Of a stretch of 64,000 bases of DNA, positions 57,426-64,000 are shown in pieces. The notes beneath the pieces were generated by a model. It made no database searches and was not told the origin of the DNA. It saw only the letters and a program-made list of their open reading frames with translations. Positions within the stretch are counted from its first letter, which is position 1; each line of letters starts with the position of its first letter. The position numbers and the translations under genes are program-made. This DNA comes from a virus: UHGV virus genome UHGV-2025275. One strand, written 5' to 3'.

Positions 57426-58220
57426 TTACCAGGTCGCCCAGCCAGTCATTTTGTCCTGAGCGGCTTCGAACCGGTATGGCTCCAATAAATCGTTGGCATG
57501 GTGGACGGCGTAGGATTTTGCCTCCTGTTTAATCATCGGCAGCTCGTTGGCCAGGCGTGCCACCTGCCCTGCAAAACTGGCGAGTACACCGTCACATGCT
57601 TGACCCGCGTCGACAATGATGCGCACCAGGTCTAAGTCGCTGCGGCACATATCGCAGATGATGCCGTATTCCACCTCACGAATGCGCTCAACGGCTTTTT
57701 TGGTATCACCACTGACCACCAACTCCAGCAAACCAGGTGGTGTTGTCAGAGCTGTAACGCGTTCGGTAACTTCAGGCAGTTCGACAATGCTCAGGAACGC
57801 CGCGATGGACGGGTCATCATCTACACTGGCTCTGCCTTTGATCGCGCGAAGAGTCGCGTCAACAATATCCTCAAACCGTTCACCTTCATCGCACACCGCC
57901 TGATTGGTGTAGACAACGCGGCCGTCGTACCATGCACCGGCGCGTACTTCTATCGTTGCATCTTTCATCTCGCGAGTGAACGTGACGAGTGCCGCGCGTT
58001 TCTGCTTAACACCAGGCAGCTCCGGGGACTCTCCAAAACGAACCCAGACCTGCATGTACTTCGAGCCTTCCGCAAGAGGTGCGGTACTCACAGACGTGGC
58101 GATGTGTTCCAGCGCAGTTTGGATCGCCTCATCGATAATGTTCTGGCGCTCTCCTGAATCAATTTCTACGCTTGATTTGTCGATAATTTCGGTAACGGAC
58201 TTCTGAATATCTGCTTTCAT
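57426..58220 (-). CDS. hypothetical protein (264 aa)
   Basis: long ORF. Confidence 0.55.
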   Translation of the reverse strand: MKADIQKSVTEIIDKSSVEIDSGERQNIIDEAIQTALEHIATSVSTAPLAEGSKYMQVWVRFGESPELPGVKQKRAALVTFTREMKDATIEVRAGAWYDGRVVYTNQAVCDEGERFEDIVDATLRAIKGRASVDDDPSIAAFLSIVELPEVTERVTALTTPPGLLELVVSGDTKKAVERIREVEYGIICDMCRSDLDLVRIIVDAGQACDGVLASFAGQVARLANELPMIKQEAKSYAVHHANDLLEPYRFEAAQDKMTGWATW

Positions 58221-58300
58221 AAAGGTTCCTCAATTCCTTCTTCGCGCATATTCTTACAGAAAAATAAGTATATATCTACTTATCATTAGCGGCGTGCAAT

Positions 58301-59422
58301 TTATACAAGAGCTTTAATGCCGAGTACCTTGCTTTGTAGCTCCAACTGTCTGGAGTACGGCTTGGCACGATAATAGGCTTTGAGGATCTGCTCTGGCGTC
58401 GCGTCGCCAGGGTCGAGACCTTCCTCGCCCAGACAGGCCACTTTGACATTTAGTCCGATGCTGGTGAGACGTTTGGCCGCCGACATGGTGTTGCGAATTG
58501 CTTGTTTCTCGCTATCCCACATCATGATGACGTTGCGTAATCCACGCGCCTTGAGCGTCAGGAACGCGCCCAACTGATCTTCAGCGTCCTCATTCATATT
58601 TCCGGACAAGTGCATCCCGAACGTGCCAATTGGCTCCACGTAATCACGCAGCGTCTCTTCGTCGAAGATGGCTCGCTTCACGCCCATTACGTCAAATGCC
58701 CCTTCACACACAACGACCGTTTGCTTTCCGACTGCGTTGTGGCCGTTGTAGAGAAACTTGCCCGACGCCGGCAACTGCATTGGGAAGAGATATCGGCGTT
58801 CTGCTGCGCCGGTGACGTCACGCCCCTGGAATGTCTTCATCACCCCATTCAGATCGTAAATCGGTATCAGGATGCGCATATCGAATGCCTGCCCTTTAAC
58901 CTGATCGGTATATGGGTCGACATAAGCATGTTTTCCCTCGACGCAGTAACGCAGGTCAAAGTATTTGGCCAGTTCCGGGCTAATGTTCCGCTCAACAAGA
59001 TAGTCCGGCAGCCGACCGTCAATTGGTAGTTCATAATGCCGCGGTAAAGCCACCGGGCCTTCAAGTTCCACAGCACTGGCCAGCACAACCTCTTCTTTTT
59101 TTGGCGCCCAACCTTGAGACAGGAGTGCGTTATGTACGTATTCCTCGAAGGCACGACGAGACTTACCGCTGTAGTGTTTGAGGAAAACCAGCTTATTAAA
59201 TTGAATTTCTTCTGGGTGATCACCGGCGAAGCATTTCCCGACGTTGTTGGTCAGGTTGAAATAGACCTTCCAGTTAGTGCTTCCACATACCGGACATTCT
59301 TTGATATTCACTTCGCGGCCGCGGGCGCTTACACCGCCGCGACGATAGATGATGCCTTCCATATCCAGCCATTGTTCGAAATCCAGCTCGGACAGTAACT
59401 CTTTGAGGTCACTCATTGTCAT
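58301..59422 (-). CDS. DnaG-type DNA primase (Zn-finger + TOPRIM)
   Basis: CPVCGSTNW…KCFAGDH zinc ribbon; VVVCEGAFDVMG and MMWDSE TOPRIM acidic motifs. Confidence 0.8.
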   Translation of the reverse strand: MTMSDLKELLSELDFEQWLDMEGIIYRRGGVSARGREVNIKECPVCGSTNWKVYFNLTNNVGKCFAGDHPEEIQFNKLVFLKHYSGKSRRAFEEYVHNALLSQGWAPKKEEVVLASAVELEGPVALPRHYELPIDGRLPDYLVERNISPELAKYFDLRYCVEGKHAYVDPYTDQVKGQAFDMRILIPIYDLNGVMKTFQGRDVTGAAERRYLFPMQLPASGKFLYNGHNAVGKQTVVVCEGAFDVMGVKRAIFDEETLRDYVEPIGTFGMHLSGNMNEDAEDQLGAFLTLKARGLRNVIMMWDSEKQAIRNTMSAAKRLTSIGLNVKVACLGEEGLDPGDATPEQILKAYYRAKPYSRQLELQSKVLGIKALV

Positions 59423-59568
59423 TTACCGCAGTTTTTAAAAGGCAATATCTTGATAAGCCTCGTTTTTTGAATACCATAAAGGCTCATGTGTTTTTCCTTT
59501 TGTGATTAAACAAAAGGTAATTTTTAAGGGCGTGGGGCTGTTATCCGTCTTTGCCCCACGCCTATTTT

Positions 59569-60909
59569 TTAAAGAACTTCCATGATCCGCTCGATGAAGC
59601 GCATCTGTTCGAGGTTCTGCTTAACGCGAATACTCACCCCGCCCTTCTGGTTACGAGAACCAGCAAAATAGAGTCGTGCTTCGCCTTTGGCTTCTTCCTC
59701 CTCAGTCTTGTTGATAGTGATGACTAAGTCGGCAATACGGACTTTTTCGATATTGTCCGCGGCGTGCATCATGGTGGCCACTTCGGATGAACCACCTTCA
59801 CGGTTGGTCTGGGATGCCGTGATTCCTGCAACGTTGTGCTTATCGTAGAGAGCACGCAAATCGGTGTAGATAGAGCGGATGTTCGCCCGGTCGTCACGGA
59901 GGTCGTAACTGGCTCGCATCAAGTCCGCATAGTCGACCACCACCATATCCGGGATCATACCATTCGCTTTCATGCTATTGAGCATACGATCCAAATCTGC
60001 AGGCGACATGCTTCCTGATGGGCGCTCAACCACCCACAGATTCCCTACCCCTTTCGTCGCGCCAAGCTCTGCGAGTTTCCGGTGAACGTCGTCACGCTGC
60101 TCTACCAGCTTTGACATCTCCGTTTCAGACAGCCGTGCATCGAAGCGATCGGAGAGAATCGAGGTATGCACTTCGAGAGAAAGATACAAAACGTTGTAGC
60201 CGGCCAGCGTTGCGTTAATGGAGAACTCCCCCATCGCTGTCGATTTACCTGATTTCGCAAACCCCATGAAGAGCACCATCTCACGTTTCGCCCAACCTTT
60301 TTGATAGAGCATACGATCCAGCAGCGGAAGACCGGTGGTGATGCTGTTCGGCACGTAATCATCAGAGGCTTCATATTCACGGGCCTTGTAACGTTCCGCT
60401 GCAGAGGCGTAATAGTCATAAATGCCCGTCGCTTCGTTAGAACCGATCTGCTGCACTTTGGCCATGATGGCCATCGCCCCCTGGAAGTCGCCCTTCTCCT
60501 TCATCTCGGCCGCTTTAATCAACGCATCGTCGAACGCTACACTTTTAGCGAACGTTGCAACTTGGTCGACCATGTAAGCCGTATCAGAGAGTTTTTCCGA
60601 GAGCACCCGCTTAAATGCCGCCACAACGTCCGGGAACATCTCTTCTCTGATCGTCTTATCGCGTTTAGCACGCTTCAACATATCGAGGATGGCAGCCGAT
60701 GAAGGCGCGCTCTTATACATTCTGAAATAGCCCGATACCATGTTCACCAGTATGGCGTTCGCCGCATTGGAGAATTGGTTGGGGGCAACCAGATCGCCGG
60801 CACGAGTCAGAAACTCATGATCGCGGCAAAAATACGCCGCCAGACGATTCTGGAAGTCGTCGTCGAACTCTTCAGACAACCCTCGTCCCGTGTGGCAAAG
60901 TTCGGTCAT
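59569..60909 (-). CDS. DnaB-family replicative helicase
   Basis: Walker A GFAKSGKST, RecA-like C-terminal domain, N-terminal helical domain. Confidence 0.8.
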   Translation of the reverse strand: MTELCHTGRGLSEEFDDDFQNRLAAYFCRDHEFLTRAGDLVAPNQFSNAANAILVNMVSGYFRMYKSAPSSAAILDMLKRAKRDKTIREEMFPDVVAAFKRVLSEKLSDTAYMVDQVATFAKSVAFDDALIKAAEMKEKGDFQGAMAIMAKVQQIGSNEATGIYDYYASAAERYKAREYEASDDYVPNSITTGLPLLDRMLYQKGWAKREMVLFMGFAKSGKSTAMGEFSINATLAGYNVLYLSLEVHTSILSDRFDARLSETEMSKLVEQRDDVHRKLAELGATKGVGNLWVVERPSGSMSPADLDRMLNSMKANGMIPDMVVVDYADLMRASYDLRDDRANIRSIYTDLRALYDKHNVAGITASQTNREGGSSEVATMMHAADNIEKVRIADLVITINKTEEEEAKGEARLYFAGSRNQKGGVSIRVKQNLEQMRFIERIMEVL

Positions 60910-60927
60910 GTGTTTGTTATCCTTTGG

Positions 60928-60950
60928 TGCTTAAACAAGTTGTTTTCTAA
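60928..60950. promoter_or_regulatory. motif-2 palindrome upstream of helicase gene
   Basis: gcttaaacaagttgttttctaat. Confidence 0.5.
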
Positions 60951-60973
60951 TCGTAAAAATATGGAGCAGGCGA

Positions 60974-61699
60974 TCAACACAGTCGCCGTGCTTCTTCCAG
61001 TTCTTCCGGGTAATGGGCATAGATAACGCGCTCAGGCACCAGCTCCATCAACCAGACAGCAGAGAAGATGGTGCGGATACGCTTATCACGGGTTATGTGT
61101 TTCAAACGCTCCAGAACCCATTCAAAGTAACGTTCCTGAATTGGGTCATGCTGCATGTCTCCTAAGTGCTTAAAACTCACTACAGAGTCATCCAGACGCG
61201 TTCCCGCACGACTGGCGAGTTTGTTTTCGAAGATCTCAATCAGTTCTGGCTGCCAGAGGTGCTGAGGGCGAGGTAATTTGTCCCAGAGCCGGCGCGCAGC
61301 TGCAGAGAGAACGGTTGATATAAAATAGTCATAAGAGCAGCAATATCTATCTGCAAACTGGCGAGCTTTCCAAAGGGATGTTTTGTTCACCGCCGCGAGC
61401 TCTTGGTAAGGCAAGCGTTTCAGGCCAGTACTAAATGGCGCCGTCTCGAAATGCTCGCGGCCATGGGATAGCATGATCTGTGAGTATGAACGCTTATAGG
61501 CTTCTGTGAACAGGCAGGTTGCCATCAGCGGGTGCATGTCGCGATAGTCAAACCACTTTGTATCAAAGAGCTCAGCCTCCCCCTGGCATCGTGAAAGACC
61601 GATGTTTTCCGCAACCCACTTGTCCATGGCAGCTGTGTTCCACTCCATCATGAAGTCGTACTGGCCGTTGTTTATGGTGTCAAAAAAGATCTGGCTCAT
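60974..61699 (-). CDS. hypothetical protein (241 aa)
   Basis: motif-1 copy 10 nt upstream. Confidence 0.55.
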   Translation of the reverse strand: MSQIFFDTINNGQYDFMMEWNTAAMDKWVAENIGLSRCQGEAELFDTKWFDYRDMHPLMATCLFTEAYKRSYSQIMLSHGREHFETAPFSTGLKRLPYQELAAVNKTSLWKARQFADRYCCSYDYFISTVLSAAARRLWDKLPRPQHLWQPELIEIFENKLASRAGTRLDDSVVSFKHLGDMQHDPIQERYFEWVLERLKHITRDKRIRTIFSAVWLMELVPERVIYAHYPEELEEARRLC

Positions 61700-61708
61700 G
61701 CCCTCACC

Positions 61709-61731
61709 GATAGGTAACTACTTACTTATTG
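61709..61731. promoter_or_regulatory. motif-1 palindrome GATAGGTAACTACTTACTTATTG
   Basis: intergenic. Confidence 0.5.
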
Positions 61732-61871
61732 ATTGACAAATCATAGCGACTGGGAAGCTGTTTGGAAAGAGGAATTAGAAGGGTGTGCCCTGGTGTGTTC
61801 TTGTATCAAAGACCTGCTTCTGTATATTATTATACTTCCAGTATTAAAATTACTACAGAAGCAGGCAAATA

Positions 61872-63635
61872 TTAATCAATATCTATCTTTAACAATCTTT
61901 CAACTCTTATTTTATTCAATTGCGAAGTTCTTGCCACTCTTTTAATTGCAGCTATTGCTTTATCAGTTATTTGAGTCTGGCCAGGTATAGGATCAACGTG
62001 GTCGTCAAATTTAAGAAGGCCATGCCTAATCTTATCTAAAACATCTTCGTTACAGGTAACAATCCAGTTGTAATAATCATCTTCACTGTATGCATTTAAA
62101 GCATCAATATGTAATGAAGAGTAATTATTACTGCTCGATAACCGGCCAAGCAACTCATCTAAATCATATTCGGCCTTTCTTATTTGATTTAATTTATTAT
62201 TAATCAATTCATATAAGCCTTTATGCTCAATGGTGCTGTTCATCAATAAATTATATTCTTTATTAAGTGAACCTCTACTAATAAGATCATCAACATATTG
62301 AGTAATATAACTATCGCAGTTAACGCCTAACTCCTCTAGAATAATAAAAATCGAGGAAACCTTGCTAAGAGGTATTCTCGACCTATACTCCTCTATTGCT
62401 CCTTTCAATGCATCAACAAAATCATCTTGGTTTGTATTGAAAGAATCTCTAAAAACACTCCATATTTCATCTAACTTTCTATTTATCGCTATATCTTCAT
62501 AATCTTTATTTTTAGCCTTCACCGCACTTTCAAAACTGAAGTTGGAAGGCAAATATCCATGCTTAAAGTAATAATCAATCCCGTAATCAAATAAATTATC
62601 AGAATTTGTAAATGACATATCTAACTGCTCTATGAATTTTTCAGTGGCTGACATTTCGTCATCATTAGTATGATAACTATCAGCCATTGCTCTGGGTTGT
62701 ATTTTTTTGAAAAATTCATCATAGGGCAACTCATCAGCCCATGAGTAAAATACATATGCAAAAAGAACAACTCTGAAAGTAAAATCTTTCCGCACTTCCC
62801 TGCACGCTGTTGTGAATTCAGACTCATATGCGTAAAGAGTCTTTTTTATTTTATTCAATATTCTAATATTTTTTAAATTTAAAGCATCTGCCGCACTTTT
62901 TATAAATTCAAAATTCGGATCGTTATGTGGAAATATTTTTCTGACATTATCAATGACGTCAGGTTTATACATAATGTCACGATCGACAATTTTTTCTCGA
63001 TATTCTATAAATTGTCTTTCTTCATCATTCTTAGTTAAGTTATTTTCATTGTAAATCAATATTATCTTACATGCTTTTGATCTTGCAAGGTCATCAACTA
63101 ACCCCATGAAGTCTTTTATCTCTAAAGAGCTACCTTTTCTCTCAAGATCGTCAAAACAAATTAAATATTTACTTACATAATTATAACCATCAAAAATTGT
63201 AAATTCGGAGGATTTAAGGCCAAACCCGCTTATCCCTATGCTAAAGTTATTAAAGATCGTTTTACTTACTTTGTTATACCTTACGCACTTATATACTCCC
63301 GAGAAAAACCTCTCCATCATTTGTTGTTTTTTCTCTAGTAAATCCTCTCTATAAAGTTTTTGATTAAGCGGTATAGTGGAAGGGAATAGTTTTTTCTTAA
63401 TTTCTTCAATAGAATTAAGACCAAATAGAGAAACATATGAATATGCAATCTGATCAATTTCTCTTTTATTTCTTTTACCTTCGTAGTAACGGTTCCAAAA
63501 ATGTGTTTTCCCTACTCCCCATTCACCTTTAATTACTGCAACCCTGTCATCAGAAGCCAAAAATTCATCTAAAATTTTTGTTATGGACATAATTAATGCT
63601 CCTAAGAAAAAGGCGCCTAACGCGCCTTCAATCAA
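61872..63635 (-). CDS. KAP-family P-loop NTPase (587 aa), AT-rich
   Basis: Walker A KGEWGVGKTHFW (GxWGxGKT hallmark of KAP NTPases); ~28% GC vs ~50% backbone. Confidence 0.6.
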   Translation of the reverse strand: MIEGALGAFFLGALIMSITKILDEFLASDDRVAVIKGEWGVGKTHFWNRYYEGKRNKREIDQIAYSYVSLFGLNSIEEIKKKLFPSTIPLNQKLYREDLLEKKQQMMERFFSGVYKCVRYNKVSKTIFNNFSIGISGFGLKSSEFTIFDGYNYVSKYLICFDDLERKGSSLEIKDFMGLVDDLARSKACKIILIYNENNLTKNDEERQFIEYREKIVDRDIMYKPDVIDNVRKIFPHNDPNFEFIKSAADALNLKNIRILNKIKKTLYAYESEFTTACREVRKDFTFRVVLFAYVFYSWADELPYDEFFKKIQPRAMADSYHTNDDEMSATEKFIEQLDMSFTNSDNLFDYGIDYYFKHGYLPSNFSFESAVKAKNKDYEDIAINRKLDEIWSVFRDSFNTNQDDFVDALKGAIEEYRSRIPLSKVSSIFIILEELGVNCDSYITQYVDDLISRGSLNKEYNLLMNSTIEHKGLYELINNKLNQIRKAEYDLDELLGRLSSSNNYSSLHIDALNAYSEDDYYNWIVTCNEDVLDKIRHGLLKFDDHVDPIPGQTQITDKAIAAIKRVARTSQLNKIRVERLLKIDID

Positions 63636-63994
63636 CTCTTTTTCATCAGCTCACGCTTTATTTCGTCAGTACGCATCGTCACATCAGCAGCGGTGATCGC
63701 CTCGTTCATCTTTACGATGTCCTCAATTTCCTGCGGGGACTTCTCTGCCAGATGGAAAATGGCTGCTCGTATCACATCAGAACGGGTGAACTTCTCGAAG
63801 CGAGGGATGAACTTCATCATCTCCAGTAATTCGAAATACTCGTCTTCAAGCGACATCGTGCGGCTTTTGATTTTCTCTTTACCACGTGTTGGACGGCCTT
63901 GTGGACGGACAGGCTGGCGCATCGGTGTGCTGCTTTTAGGCGCAGCAGCTTCCGCAGCCGGACGTTTTGCCAGATCACCCATTTTCATGGACAT
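63632..63994 (-). CDS. hypothetical basic/acidic protein (120 aa), possible DNA-binding
   Basis: ATG ORF whose stop overlaps KAP start. Confidence 0.45.
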   Translation of the reverse strand: MSMKMGDLAKRPAAEAAAPKSSTPMRQPVRPQGRPTRGKEKIKSRTMSLEDEYFELLEMMKFIPRFEKFTRSDVIRAAIFHLAEKSPQEIEDIVKMNEAITAADVTMRTDEIKRELMKKS

Positions 63995-64000
63995 TATTCA

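Overview
A GC-balanced (~50%) region of a large virulent-type phage or phage-plasmid carrying its DNA replication and nucleotide metabolism cluster. Nearly every gene is on the minus strand in tightly packed operons, with many overlapping stop/start codons.

Recognisable products (by motif):
- DNA metabolism: class Ia ribonucleotide reductase NrdA/NrdB, a ThyA-family thymidylate synthase with a large insertion, DHFR, a P-loop nucleotide kinase, a MazG-like NTP pyrophosphohydrolase, glutaredoxin.
- Replication and recombination: a DnaE-type (Pol III alpha) polymerase with a separately encoded DnaQ/epsilon-like exonuclease, gp32-like Zn SSB, RecA/UvsX-like recombinase, SbcC/SbcD (gp46/gp47-like) nuclease, a T5-D15/FEN-like flap endonuclease, RuvC-like resolvase, ATP-dependent DNA ligase, DnaG-type primase and DnaB-type helicase.
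- Other: CobS/CobT-like AAA plus VWA pair, PhoH, a phage Dam-family N6-adenine methyltransferase and a second long NPPY methyltransferase, a Rha/KilAC antirepressor, a tyrosine recombinase, one tRNA-Asn(GTT).
- Replicon: an iteron-type RepA initiator (resembles the RepFIB/P1 class, from memory) flanked on both sides by 21-22-bp iteron arrays and GATC-rich modules. Together with the Pol III alpha, CobS/CobT, ligase and ThyA/DHFR set and the ~50% GC, this fits SSU5/pHCM2-like enterobacterial phage-plasmids. I cannot confirm that without a database search.

Structure beyond the gene list:
- Two dispersed palindromic DNA motifs sit at operon junctions: ATAGGTAAGTACTTACCTAT (about 16 copies) and GAAAACAAnTTGTTTTA (at least 7 copies).
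- Several strongly AT-rich, compositionally foreign cassettes are embedded in the backbone:
  - an AbiH-like gene plus a 463-aa partner with a PD-(D/E)xK-like nuclease motif;
  - a KAP-family P-loop NTPase;
  - a DUF262/DUF1524 GmrSD-like nuclease;
  - an opposite-strand 196-aa membrane protein.
  These are the best candidates for a novel defence or exclusion system.
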